Assembly (NCBI GenBank): GCA_964589835.1
Contig: CAZPUU010000001.1
Span: 1 to 44,565, forward strand
Length of the DNA stretch: 44,565 nt
Direction: 5' to 3'
Origin: an uncultured Gammaproteobacteria bacterium
GTDB lineage: Bacteria; Patescibacteriota; Microgenomatia; Levybacterales; GWA1-39-11
In this document: positions 17,014 to 26,214 of the stretch, in pieces
Layout of the letters: each line of letters opens with the position of its first letter
How positions within the stretch are numbered: the stretch's first letter is position 1
Program-made: the position numbers and the translations under genes
Notes under the pieces: generated by a model
What the model was told of the DNA's origin: nothing
The model's database searches: none
Seen by the model: the letters and a program-made list of their open reading frames with translations, nothing else

Positions 17014-18074
17014 ATTATGTGATTCAGCTCTTCACAAAAACGTTCCTCGGTAAATCGTTGAGATGACTCAACTGCACGGACAGAAACAGCATTAAAAAGC
17101 TCCCTGTCAACTGCGAGCCTGTGAGTTTTTTCCAATAGTTCTTCCTCGGTCTCCCATAAAAACCCGTTATCAGTATCTCTTACGATCTCCGGCTGTCCAC
17201 CTGCATTTATCACAACTGGTACAGCTCCGTATGACATAGCCTCAGCGGTGGAGATACCAAAATGTTCTGCCCGTTCGGGATGGATATTCAGATTTTCCTT
17301 AAATCCGGCTGCGTGCCAATAAATCTTTGCGGAAGAATAAAGTTTGATGATCTGTTCGTAGCGGGCATTTTTATAAATCGTAATATGCTGACTTTTTATT
17401 GAGCTTTCAAATTCTTTAAATTCGTCCTCCTGATCGGGCATAACGCTCGTTACAACCGCCATTTTCCACCCTTTTAGCCTTTTTTTCTTGAATTTTTTGA
17501 ATGCTGAGACCAGCATTCCCAGTTTTTTAAAATCGGTACCGTTACTAATGGTGCTAAATCTTCCAACCGTTAGTATAAGATTATCCTTCTTCTCTTGTGT
17601 TGAAGTGCTTGTACTTACAGGAGGATACAAAACATCGCTATTTACATTGAATTTGCGGTCTATGAAAGATTTTGTGAAATGGGAATTACATATTATCCTT
17701 GAAATTCTTGATTTTTTGAATAAGAATGGAAAACTGTTCGTATTCACCCATTCTACAGGAAATTGAAAATGAACCAATAATTTTCTCGCACCGACAAGAG
17801 GAATACTGCCATCCGACAGATAAAAAATCCTATCGTAATTAAAAGTTTTGATGATACGATGGAAAAGACCGGTTGAGCTGTTGAAAATATTCGGAACCAC
17901 ACGCACCTTTTCTAAGTCAAGAGCAAATTTTTCAGATGCTTTTTCTACTATCGACGGGTCGTCCCAGAAAATAGTTACCGAATGCTCCATTGAAAGGCAT
18001 GAAGCAGCGGTAAAAATATATTTCTCACCACCGGTAAGGGTATCCAGATATGGGGAATAAATTCCGATATTCAT
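17007..18074 (-). CDS. GT4 family (GT-B fold) glycosyltransferase, ALG11-like N-terminus
   Basis: 355 aa. Contains YLDTLTGGEKY near the N-terminus and the E-x7-E region EHFGISTAEAMSYGAVPVV. It is the first gene of the 18-kb minus-strand unit. Confidence 0.8.
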   Translation of the reverse strand: MNIGIYSPYLDTLTGGEKYIFTAASCLSMEHSVTIFWDDPSIVEKASEKFALDLEKVRVVPNIFNSSTGLFHRIIKTFNYDRIFYLSDGSIPLVGARKLLVHFQFPVEWVNTNSFPFLFKKSRISRIICNSHFTKSFIDRKFNVNSDVLYPPVSTSTSTQEKKDNLILTVGRFSTISNGTDFKKLGMLVSAFKKFKKKRLKGWKMAVVTSVMPDQEDEFKEFESSIKSQHITIYKNARYEQIIKLYSSAKIYWHAAGFKENLNIHPERAEHFGISTAEAMSYGAVPVVINAGGQPEIVRDTDNGFLWETEEELLEKTHRLAVDRELFNAVSVRAVESSQRFTEERFCEELNHIIW

Positions 18075-18151
18075 GTCTCGTCTTTATTTTACAATAATTA
18101 TCGCAAAGTCGCGCTATAGCAAGATATTAGAAAGTATGATACAGTAAAAAA
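18075..18151. promoter_or_regulatory. Divergent intergenic region, putative promoters for the 18074->1 operon and for the small plus-strand gene
   Basis: 77-nt gap between divergent start codons. Plus strand: TATGAT at 18135..18140, 11 nt before the ATG. Minus strand: TAAAAT 11 nt before the ATG at 18074. No convincing -35 elements. Confidence 0.3.
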
Positions 18152-18406
18152 ATGCAATCAGGCACACAACCCGCACCATATATCATCGCACTCATCATTG
18201 CTGTTTCGGTCCTTCAGCTTGCAATAAAAGCTGTCGCGCTGTGGCGTTCTTCGCAATTCAAGCAGAGGAATTGGTTCATCACTCTTTTTATACTGATACC
18301 TTTTAATGATTTAGGTGTAGCCGAACTTATATACCTATTCTGGTTTGCGAAAAAAAGGCTTACGATTCAGGAAGTTAAATCATGGTTCGTCAGAAAGAAG
18401 ACTTAA
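18152..18406 (+). CDS. Small 2-TM membrane protein, DUF5652-like
   Basis: 84 aa with two hydrophobic helices (IIALIIAVSVLQLAIKAVALW and WFITLFILIPFNDLGVAELIYLFWF). The pattern A.W+.....+NWF....I....G..E.IYL matches my recollection of the CPR-typical DUF5652 family. It is the only gene on this strand between two long minus operons. Confidence 0.55.
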   Translation: MQSGTQPAPYIIALIIAVSVLQLAIKAVALWRSSQFKQRNWFITLFILIPFNDLGVAELIYLFWFAKKRLTIQEVKSWFVRKKT

Positions 18407-19158
18407 TTCTTTTTTTGCTGCATTTCCCACAATTTCGCATACGTGATAAATATAGAAAAAGCTTGATATATTGCCTCAATTAATCCGTAGGTGCCATTTT
18501 TATACCCTTTGTTTTTTATATAAGAATTGACGAATTCACTTGTCATAACCCTTATAAATCTCCATGCCACAATGGGAGGGTGAGAAGACTCAAATCGTAA
18601 CTTTGCCTCATATTCGGACCATTCGTTTGTTTTTCTCACCATCTGTGAAAGGTTTCGATGAGTAAAATGCAGCACAGGAGACGCAATTACTCCATACTCA
18701 CCTTTAATATGCGGTGTCTCGTGAACTTTTCCCTTCCATTCAATAAATTTTTTTCTGTAAAAAAGCCTTTGCACTCGGTCCTCAAAATGCCAATCATGTC
18801 CGAAATAAAACGTTTTTCTGTTTATGAAAAATCCACCTATGTTACTTTCCTCATCGTACCGTGCCACCACTTCTTGAATTTCACTGCAAAATTCAGGCGT
18901 AGCGCGCTCATCCGAATCAAGGTAGAAAACCCAAGGGGTCGTTGCATTGAGAATTGCATAATTTCTTTGATCTGAAAAATCTTTAAAATGATGTTTGATA
19001 ACACGTGCACCCAGTTTTACTGCAATATCATGCGTTTTGTTGTCATTATTTGCGTCAACAACCAATACTTCTTCGGCAATCGTCTTAACAGACCTGATTG
19101 CATCCGCAATTACGTCTCCATCGTCCCTCGTTGGAATTATCACTGTTATGCCTTTCAT
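18403..19158 (-). CDS. GT2 glycosyltransferase, WaaE/KdtX-like subgroup (paralog of 27122..28018)
   Basis: Motifs: ITVIIPTRDD, VVDANNDNKT, LDSDERATPEF, and tail GYKNGTYGLIEAIYQAFSIFITYAKLWE. The track start (19188) is probably too long. The ATG at 19158 is preceded by GGGAGGG plus a 5-nt spacer and forms an ATGA overlap with the stop of 19155..21464 (251 aa). Confidence 0.8.
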   Translation of the reverse strand: MKGITVIIPTRDDGDVIADAIRSVKTIAEEVLVVDANNDNKTHDIAVKLGARVIKHHFKDFSDQRNYAILNATTPWVFYLDSDERATPEFCSEIQEVVARYDEESNIGGFFINRKTFYFGHDWHFEDRVQRLFYRKKFIEWKGKVHETPHIKGEYGVIASPVLHFTHRNLSQMVRKTNEWSEYEAKLRFESSHPPIVAWRFIRVMTSEFVNSYIKNKGYKNGTYGLIEAIYQAFSIFITYAKLWEMQQKKN

Positions 19159-21464
19159 TTTTTCCCTCCCATATATCCTAGCACCCAATATACAACCATA
19201 CTCATCAAACCTACCAGTGCCATATAGATTCCTATCATAAAACTCATAGGCTGATAATAAAACTCTATCTTACTTTCTCCTTTTGGTACTACAACTCCGC
19301 GGAAAGAATAGTTAGTTTTGTACAATTTTTCAACTTCCCCATTTACTTTTACTTTCCATCCCGGATAGAAATTATCGGTCAGAATGAGGAATAATTTTCC
19401 TGTTGTATTTGCTTTTATCATGATATTCGTCGGTAAATAGCGCTCGATCTCCGCACTTCCGCTTGCCTTCCTATCAAGACTAGGCACGGATTCTTCAATG
19501 AATGCTTTTGTTTTCAAATCTGCATCAAACATCGCTTCAGGAATTTGCTGATGAGCAAGTTTTTCAATATCGGAAACAACAAATGCCCGTTCAAAAGCGT
19601 TGTTATTTCTAAAAACGAGATAATGGGAATCGTCGTAAATTTTTGTGAATTGAGGGAGCGGATAATCAGCAAAAGGAAATGCCCACGGGAAATTACCGTC
19701 GGAAAATTTATGTACGACATAATGTACACCCAAAAAATCTAATGCTTGGTGGGTATATTTACCCTTCAAGGGAATATTTACAACCGATCTTTCAGGCTGG
19801 AGTATTTTTCCTGCTCCAACATATTGCATAAATTCTCCATATTCAGCTTTGTAAAGAGGGTCGTACCCGCTGAGTATCGGCATTTGGTAGTACACGGCGT
19901 CCTCTCCACCCGACATTCCAATTGCCCTATCATAATGATTTTGAGCATTATAAAAATTAGCAACAGGAACGTCTATATAAGCCAACTTCTTGGGATCAAA
20001 ATTTTGCCACTTCGATGCAAATCGGTGCATTTCAAAAAAACAAACAAAAACTAGAACCAAAACGATTAGTGATGAAGCCTTTTTATTTTTCAAAAAAAGT
20101 CGCGATACAACCGAACCTATTAGAATCAATAGCGTTAACAAGGGCAAAATACTATTCTTTCTGGCTATTAAGGTTTTGTCTGCTTCATGGATCGTAAGAA
20201 ACCCTGCAAGAAAAAGACTAATAAAAAGGGCGAGTATTGTAAAACTCCAAGTCACTATCTGCTTTTTCTTACTGCCGGATTTTATGACAGCGTCCAGTCC
20301 AAACCCTGAGAGAACCGCTATCGAAAAGCTGAAAAGCACAATTATTCTGCTTGCTGCGCTGGTTGAAATAACCGGCAATTTGAGTGCAACAAGTAAATTT
20401 AAGATTGGAGTGTCAAAAGCAAAAAGTAAAGAAAGTATTGCCAGCAAAATAAAATACATCGTCTTTCTATTTCTATAAAAAAGAACGGTAAAAACGGCAA
20501 AAGACAAGGCAGTTACCCCCGCAAATCCATTCCACTCGGCATAGTGTCCAAACCAATCGTTCCTCGTTACCGGGTTGCCAAAAAAATCGGGCGAGAAAAG
20601 AGTAGTCAGGTATTGAAGGGGTATCGCCTCAAATTTTTGAAACAATCCACTTCTATATGAAAGTGAATACAATTCCAAGGACGGAAGAATTTGGGGCATT
20701 GCGACAAATAATCCGATGATAGAAAAAAATCCTGCCGCAATGTATCTTTTCTTTTCTTTTGAGATAAATGCTTGATAGCAAATGAACGACGCGATGCCAA
20801 AAGTGAAATAAAGACTTGTTTGAAAATGTCCTGCAAAATAAGACAATGGAAATGTTAGTGATAATAGAATGATCCATCTCAGTTTTTGCCCCTCGACATA
20901 CCTTAAAACGGAATACATAGCAAGGGGTAACGGGAGAATTGCATAACCCAATGTTGCGTACCCGAGCCAACACACTAAAAAACCGCAAAACATAAATGAA
21001 GCGGCTGACATAAGACTGCCCCAAGGACTTATTTTTAATTTCCGCGTCAACAAATAGGTGAATAATCCCGCCATCAATGGCTGTAAAAGAACCAGAGCAC
21101 TCCAAGCATCTATGAATTTTATTGGGAGAAAAAATAATATATTAAGCGGGAAAAAAGCAGCAGACTGGTAATTTGCGACATGTGGAGTTCCCGCAAAACT
21201 GTATGGATTCCACAGAGGCAATCTCCCCTGCTTTAATTCCTGGATCGAAAAATAACGCCAAGGATATATTTGACCGATTATATCCGGCTGTGCATTGTTC
21301 TTGACCGGGCTTCCCATTCCGGGATATGAACTCCATGGAGAAAAGAAATTAACCTGATAAGTCGAGGGGAAAGGGGTTTTACCTAAAAAAACAGGGAAGA
21401 TAAACAGCAACCATAGCAAAATTAATAAAATGGGATGGATATGGTTCTTAATTTGCTTTATCAT
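19155..21464 (-). CDS. YfhO-family GT-C membrane glycosyltransferase (family E)
   Basis: 769 aa. Contains LPLWNPYSFAGTPHVANYQSAAFFPLNILFF, the C-terminal module NFYPGWKVKVNGEVEKLYKTNYSFRGVVVPKGESKIEFYYQP, and then a terminal TM plus basic tail. Confidence 0.8.
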   Translation of the reverse strand: MIKQIKNHIHPILLILLWLLFIFPVFLGKTPFPSTYQVNFFSPWSSYPGMGSPVKNNAQPDIIGQIYPWRYFSIQELKQGRLPLWNPYSFAGTPHVANYQSAAFFPLNILFFLPIKFIDAWSALVLLQPLMAGLFTYLLTRKLKISPWGSLMSAASFMFCGFLVCWLGYATLGYAILPLPLAMYSVLRYVEGQKLRWIILLSLTFPLSYFAGHFQTSLYFTFGIASFICYQAFISKEKKRYIAAGFFSIIGLFVAMPQILPSLELYSLSYRSGLFQKFEAIPLQYLTTLFSPDFFGNPVTRNDWFGHYAEWNGFAGVTALSFAVFTVLFYRNRKTMYFILLAILSLLFAFDTPILNLLVALKLPVISTSAASRIIVLFSFSIAVLSGFGLDAVIKSGSKKKQIVTWSFTILALFISLFLAGFLTIHEADKTLIARKNSILPLLTLLILIGSVVSRLFLKNKKASSLIVLVLVFVCFFEMHRFASKWQNFDPKKLAYIDVPVANFYNAQNHYDRAIGMSGGEDAVYYQMPILSGYDPLYKAEYGEFMQYVGAGKILQPERSVVNIPLKGKYTHQALDFLGVHYVVHKFSDGNFPWAFPFADYPLPQFTKIYDDSHYLVFRNNNAFERAFVVSDIEKLAHQQIPEAMFDADLKTKAFIEESVPSLDRKASGSAEIERYLPTNIMIKANTTGKLFLILTDNFYPGWKVKVNGEVEKLYKTNYSFRGVVVPKGESKIEFYYQPMSFMIGIYMALVGLMSMVVYWVLGYMGGKK

Positions 21465-22623
21465 GACGGATTAATTTTACTATTCTTACAAAACCTGTTA
21501 CTAACAGTATATATATAAATGGAAGAAGTGGGAGAAAGTACCTTGTCGAGGTGTAGCCTGTCGAAAGCATTAGAGAATATCCAACAACCCAAAGGATTAA
21601 GATAATCTCGTATTGTGTAATTTGAATTTTTTTAACAAGAGCAAGAATTGCAGTTGCGCTACTGATAACAACCGCAATTGGCCAGTATATCCTCCATTGC
21701 GGATCAGATAGTATTTCGTACTCACCCCACCATGTATGCCATCTGTTGAATAAAATTAAATCCCAAAAGGAGAAAGCGTTGGTAAATGCCGATTTATGAT
21801 ACGCAAGTATATACTTTTGCACACCAAAAATTTGAATTATAGAATATCCGTCCTGGATAGTCTTCGTATAGGAAAGGAGCAAAACGATGAGCGAGAGTGG
21901 CAGTGTAAGTCCGAAAATCAAGAGCTCCTTCATGCTCTTTTTGAAAAAAAGCAAATAACTACCCATCACAACCACCATTAAAGCACCGGTAACAAAGAAA
22001 CGGATACTTATAACAAATCCCAAAAGTATAGAGGTGACAATGAATGGAAGGATTTTTTTCTGATTCTTTATTCCCAGAAAGAAAAAATAAAACGCAAAAA
22101 TAATAAACGGCAGCTGCACCGGCTCCGGGAGAGGAGCATACAGTAATTTATTCAGAGTCAGTGGTTCATTGGCAAAAATTGCAACCGGAATTAGACTGAG
22201 AAAAATATTTTTTGTTATAAAATATGAAATTAGAAATATTCCCAAAAAAGACAATGACAAGAAAAATAGAATTAAGGTACTAGCGTTATCAAAAAAAACA
22301 ATCGAAAGAGAAAGCAAATATCTTCCCAGCGGTGGATGATCATGAACTATTAAAATTGGGTTCATTCCTTTTAGAAATGCCCCCGCAGCGAAGGATTCAA
22401 ATGTTTCATCCGGTATTATACCCGCACCATCTTTTTTAGCATATTGAGAAGAATAGTAGGCATTCTTGAGATTTTTATACTCATTTGCGTATCCTCCTCC
22501 AAAAAATTTACCCTGATTTTGTACTATCAAATAGAAAAATTGGGCAAATATAAAAGCCAAGGCAATGACAAAAAAAATCCATTTTTCAAATTTGTTGATT
22601 CTTTGATTTTTATTTTTTTTCAT
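21448..22623 (-). CDS. Minimal PMT (GT39)-like membrane glycosyltransferase
   Basis: The first-loop block IIPDETFESFAAGAFLKGMNPILIVHDHPPLGRYLL matches the DE...HPPLGK signature of protein O-mannosyltransferase-type GT-C enzymes. Preferred start is the ATG at 22623 (GGAGG at 22633..22629, 5-nt spacer), giving 391 aa. The track start at 22662 adds 13 aa with no RBS. Confidence 0.65.
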   Translation of the reverse strand: MKKNKNQRINKFEKWIFFVIALAFIFAQFFYLIVQNQGKFFGGGYANEYKNLKNAYYSSQYAKKDGAGIIPDETFESFAAGAFLKGMNPILIVHDHPPLGRYLLSLSIVFFDNASTLILFFLSLSFLGIFLISYFITKNIFLSLIPVAIFANEPLTLNKLLYAPLPEPVQLPFIIFAFYFFFLGIKNQKKILPFIVTSILLGFVISIRFFVTGALMVVVMGSYLLFFKKSMKELLIFGLTLPLSLIVLLLSYTKTIQDGYSIIQIFGVQKYILAYHKSAFTNAFSFWDLILFNRWHTWWGEYEILSDPQWRIYWPIAVVISSATAILALVKKIQITQYEIILILWVVGYSLMLSTGYTSTRYFLPLLPFIYILLVTGFVRIVKLIRHDKAN

Positions 22624-24247
22624 TTTTCCTCCATACAACAACACCAAATACAAAAAGAGCAAGTGCCGTCAAAATGGTAAGAACATTTGAAAGAAGCCGT
22701 AATTTTGTATCTTCAAAAACTACCGCCACATCATACGTTCCTTTTGGTAATTCAAAGGTTATTAAACCCCGTTCGGAAGGATCTTGGAATTGTATCGGAA
22801 GATCTTTCCCTTTTACTCTCGCGTGCCACCCGGGAAAGTAAAGTGTATTTTCCCGCAACCGCGCATTTTCTGTATCAACAATAATTGTATATATGTGACT
22901 TGTTGATGTCCGACTGACTTGTTGGATTAAGGCCTTTCCAGAAATTGTTTCAATCGGCGCTTGCGGTTTTTTCTCCATAAATCGTACCGACCAAATCGGA
23001 GCGCTTTCTCCTGTGTCAGTGGTTCCGTTATATATTTGTTCGTAAAATGAGTCGGAACTTTGCGTATACGCCTTGGCCTTCCAGTAAGGTAGGGTTGTAA
23101 CAAAAAGAACCGTTGCAATCATAACGACACCCCATACTCTTTTTTTCTTCTCCAATAACAATAAGGGGCACGCAGCAAGAACAGCGGAGGCAAAAGCAGT
23201 AAGACTTAAAAATCGCCAAGGGAATTGGAATTTCTTAAATATTGTAACTATTTCGTACACGAAATTTGAAACTGAAAGTTGAATAAATAGAGAAAATAGT
23301 AATACAAGCAACAAAATGAAAAGTAATATCTTTTGAGACTTCTTAATACTTTTCCTGAAAAATAGAAATGGCAAAAGCAATAACCCTGCAATCTGAGCAA
23401 TACCGATCTGAACAGTGAACTGTCCGGTTATTCCGTAATTCCACTCACCATATAAAAATTTCAGCGGATTATCTATGAAACGCGATCTGTATTCATTTCC
23501 TGTCACAATATCACGAAGCGTAAATTTCCCTTCCAAAAAAGCAGGAATTGTAAAAAATCCTGATAGTAAAAATCCGGCAATAAAAAATATCCCGACCATC
23601 AATAGGTGATTATATTTTTTTGAAATGATTGAAAGATATACACCATAAATTATAAAAATTGGAATAAACATAAGGCTGATCGCATTGTGGGAAAGCAGCA
23701 ATAATGCAAAACTCACACTTACTCCTATCAAATCTATTGAGGATTTTTTATTGTATTCATTTCTAAAATAACGAATCATAAAATACAGAACAAGAGGTGG
23801 AAATATAAATGCCATATGTTCTCCGATTGCTCCCCTGACATACAGATCAACAAATCTATAGGGGGCAAAAAGATAAAGAAGAGCTGCTGCAAACCCGACA
23901 TTCTGATCAAACTGCTCCTTTGCCCATAGATACATTGCAATTCCGCTCGCAACATATCCCAATCCAAATATCATCTTCAATGAATCAACATACGAAAAAC
24001 CAATAAAGTGAAAAAATGAAGCTGTATATGAAGAAAAGGGATACAAAAACATCAATATTGGATGACCATATCCCCAGTTGAGAAGCTCTGCCCAGCGAGG
24101 TACAACAACACCTTCAGACAACGCGCGATAAAAGTTTGCAATCCTTGCAACGTGATCTACTCCATCATGAGTTACAGGAAGCCCACCCGGCAAAAGCCCT
24201 GCAAGAGGCAGCAGAGCAATAATAATTAACAATAAATACTTTTTCAT
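22610..24247 (-). CDS. COG5617/'PTPS-related'-like polytopic membrane protein (family F), putative GT-C
   Basis: 545 aa. N-terminal block LPVTHDGVDHVARIANFYRALSEGVVVPRWAELLNWGYGHPILMFLYPFSSY. C-terminal module LYFPGWHARVKGKDLPIQFQDPSERGLITFELPKGTYDVAVVFEDTKLR, then a terminal TM. Confidence 0.5.
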   Translation of the reverse strand: MKKYLLLIIIALLPLAGLLPGGLPVTHDGVDHVARIANFYRALSEGVVVPRWAELLNWGYGHPILMFLYPFSSYTASFFHFIGFSYVDSLKMIFGLGYVASGIAMYLWAKEQFDQNVGFAAALLYLFAPYRFVDLYVRGAIGEHMAFIFPPLVLYFMIRYFRNEYNKKSSIDLIGVSVSFALLLLSHNAISLMFIPIFIIYGVYLSIISKKYNHLLMVGIFFIAGFLLSGFFTIPAFLEGKFTLRDIVTGNEYRSRFIDNPLKFLYGEWNYGITGQFTVQIGIAQIAGLLLLPFLFFRKSIKKSQKILLFILLLVLLFSLFIQLSVSNFVYEIVTIFKKFQFPWRFLSLTAFASAVLAACPLLLLEKKKRVWGVVMIATVLFVTTLPYWKAKAYTQSSDSFYEQIYNGTTDTGESAPIWSVRFMEKKPQAPIETISGKALIQQVSRTSTSHIYTIIVDTENARLRENTLYFPGWHARVKGKDLPIQFQDPSERGLITFELPKGTYDVAVVFEDTKLRLLSNVLTILTALALFVFGVVVWRKNEKK

Positions 24248-26214
24248 ATCCCCACTTTGTATATGTCTATTGTACCGTTACTAAAAACTTTTTTCGCGTC
24301 TATTTTCTCCGCCGGCACGCTTAAACCATATCTACCATAAAAGTATAGGTAGGAAATCCTGTTTTCTGTAAGCATTGTTTTAACAAGGACTGCATTGTTA
24401 CTTTTTTCAATGCTCTCAACGATTTTCGAACGCACTGAAAGATCGACTCCGTGCCTACTCATGATAACCTGACCTGACAAAAAAGTGTTATTTCTGGCAA
24501 GAATACTTACATAGGAAAAATGGCTATCCCACTGGCCATGATTAAATACCAGGATAGTGCCTGGTTCATGCTCCAAGTATTTACCGGCTTCCAATTCGTA
24601 AGAGTGAATAATAGGCAAGGTTTTTTTAAAATATAAATTGCCAATTGATGTCTTGTAGATCCACCTGGGAATCGTAACGGAAATAAGGAGGATAAAAAAA
24701 GCTATTTTTATAAAAGCAGCCTTATCCGAAATCCAATTATTGAGGGTGACTGCAGCAATAATTGAGAGGAAAAAACTTCCTGCAAGGAAAGAATTAAATA
24801 TATCGGCAGGTGCTACCGGCTGTATAAATAAAACTCCAAAGGCAAATGCAAAAATGATACCCCCATACAACATCGTCCAGAAAGGAAGAGTAAGCACGTG
24901 AATAGTTTTCTTGAAAATCAAAAAACCTACTGTTCTTATTCCGAATTGTGAGACGATATAAATTGCAAGCATTGTTAAATCCATTCTCCATACTTGTAAA
25001 TAATTTGAGTATTGTAAATAGACCCTCCTTGCCAGTTCCATCCACGACAGGCCGAGCCCATTCTGAACTACAAAATTTCGCGAAGTCATTTCAAAAGGAA
25101 CGAAAATGGCTCCTCCTGCGCCTGCATTTACAGGAAAATAAATCGCCAAAGAAATAAAAAAGCTTGCCAACAAGTAAAGATCTTTATACCGTCTGATAGC
25201 TAAAAGGTACAACAGGATGACTCCTATCCCGAATAGAGCCATCGCTCCTGTATGAACCTTGAATCCAATAAGAGAACCGAATGTCAGAACAATAAATAGA
25301 CCGATCTTTCTGTCGAAATTCTCCAACCATTTTTTGATCAGGATAATACCAAAAAACAAAACTACAAAGGAAAAAGCCCGTGGAGTGTTCTCAAGAAACA
25401 TCGTTCCATCCTCAAGCGGATGGATTGTAAAAATAAAGACATGACGGACAATAAATGTTAAAAGATATATAACATCCGAGGAAAAATATTGAAGATAAAT
25501 GATAACTATCAAACCAAACTTCCCGAACTTGACAAATTTTCCAAAAATGTATGCCAGACTCCCAATCAAAAAAGAAATCAAAATTCCCATAAAAAGGTAC
25601 TGCGTTGCAAAAAGTGGCAATTTAAAAACCCTCACAAGCTCCGCAATTACCATATTTGACCAATAGTGGTAATTATGAACCACTACTCCGCTCATACCGG
25701 GCTCTATCGGTGGAAATGTTCTCGTTAAAGACTCGATAAGTCCCGTATGCCAAAACGTGTCATCAGCAGAACCTGAAAAAAGCCTTATTCCATCAGAAAA
25801 ATTAAATGCTCCAACAACAAAAGGTAGATTCTGACCGAAAATACCAAGTAAAAAAATTACAACAATAAAGAAATCAATTTTTATATGCCTAAAAAGATTT
25901 TCTTTTTTAAGAAATGCCACTCTATGCTTTTTTACCCAGAGGATTATGAAAATCAAAAGATAGATGTAAGTCAAAAATCGTAAATGTAAATATCCCAATA
26001 CAACACCTTGATATGCCCAAATAACCATTCCAAGCGTGAGTGAAAGGATAAAAATCGCAAATGGACTATTCGTCAAACGCAAAAGTGATTTCCCAAAAAG
26101 TACCCTGCCGGGCATGTAGAAAGCGCAATAAATACTTGCAAGAAAATATGGGGTTAGCAGAATGTTTATTGCCAATGATTTCAGAAAAACAATATCGGTG
26201 AAATGATCAATCAT
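24244..26214 (-). CDS. Uncharacterised large polytopic membrane protein (family C); paralog of 9858..11828
   Basis: 656 aa. See the shared motif blocks listed for 9858..11828. ATGA overlaps with both neighbours. Confidence 0.45.
   Translation of the reverse strand: MIDHFTDIVFLKSLAINILLTPYFLASIYCAFYMPGRVLFGKSLLRLTNSPFAIFILSLTLGMVIWAYQGVVLGYLHLRFLTYIYLLIFIILWVKKHRVAFLKKENLFRHIKIDFFIVVIFLLGIFGQNLPFVVGAFNFSDGIRLFSGSADDTFWHTGLIESLTRTFPPIEPGMSGVVVHNYHYWSNMVIAELVRVFKLPLFATQYLFMGILISFLIGSLAYIFGKFVKFGKFGLIVIIYLQYFSSDVIYLLTFIVRHVFIFTIHPLEDGTMFLENTPRAFSFVVLFFGIILIKKWLENFDRKIGLFIVLTFGSLIGFKVHTGAMALFGIGVILLYLLAIRRYKDLYLLASFFISLAIYFPVNAGAGGAIFVPFEMTSRNFVVQNGLGLSWMELARRVYLQYSNYLQVWRMDLTMLAIYIVSQFGIRTVGFLIFKKTIHVLTLPFWTMLYGGIIFAFAFGVLFIQPVAPADIFNSFLAGSFFLSIIAAVTLNNWISDKAAFIKIAFFILLISVTIPRWIYKTSIGNLYFKKTLPIIHSYELEAGKYLEHEPGTILVFNHGQWDSHFSYVSILARNNTFLSGQVIMSRHGVDLSVRSKIVESIEKSNNAVLVKTMLTENRISYLYFYGRYGLSVPAEKIDAKKVFSNGTIDIYKVGI

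Noticed and set aside
18152-18406. The small membrane protein as the missing GtrA/GtcA-type flippase
   Set aside because: It has only 84 aa and two hydrophobic helices, whereas GtrA-family proteins have about 120 aa and four helices. Its sequence pattern fits DUF5652 better. No support for a flippase role.
18350-18460. Rho-independent terminators at the two convergent junctions (also 40980..41100)
   Set aside because: I found no GC-rich stem followed by a T-run. The only dyad symmetry is the AT-only palindrome at the stop codons, which is too weak to form a stable hairpin. This was not computed, so low-stability structures cannot be excluded.
19990-21105. 162-aa antisense ORF (19990..20478) and 150-aa alternative-frame ORF (20653..21105) inside the YfhO-like gene
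   Set aside because: Both are fully nested in 19155..21464, whose frame carries the YfhO-type motifs from N- to C-terminus. They have no independent start context or motif. The same reasoning applies to 38777..39196 (139 aa), 40123..40506 (127 aa) and the other small overlapping track ORFs.
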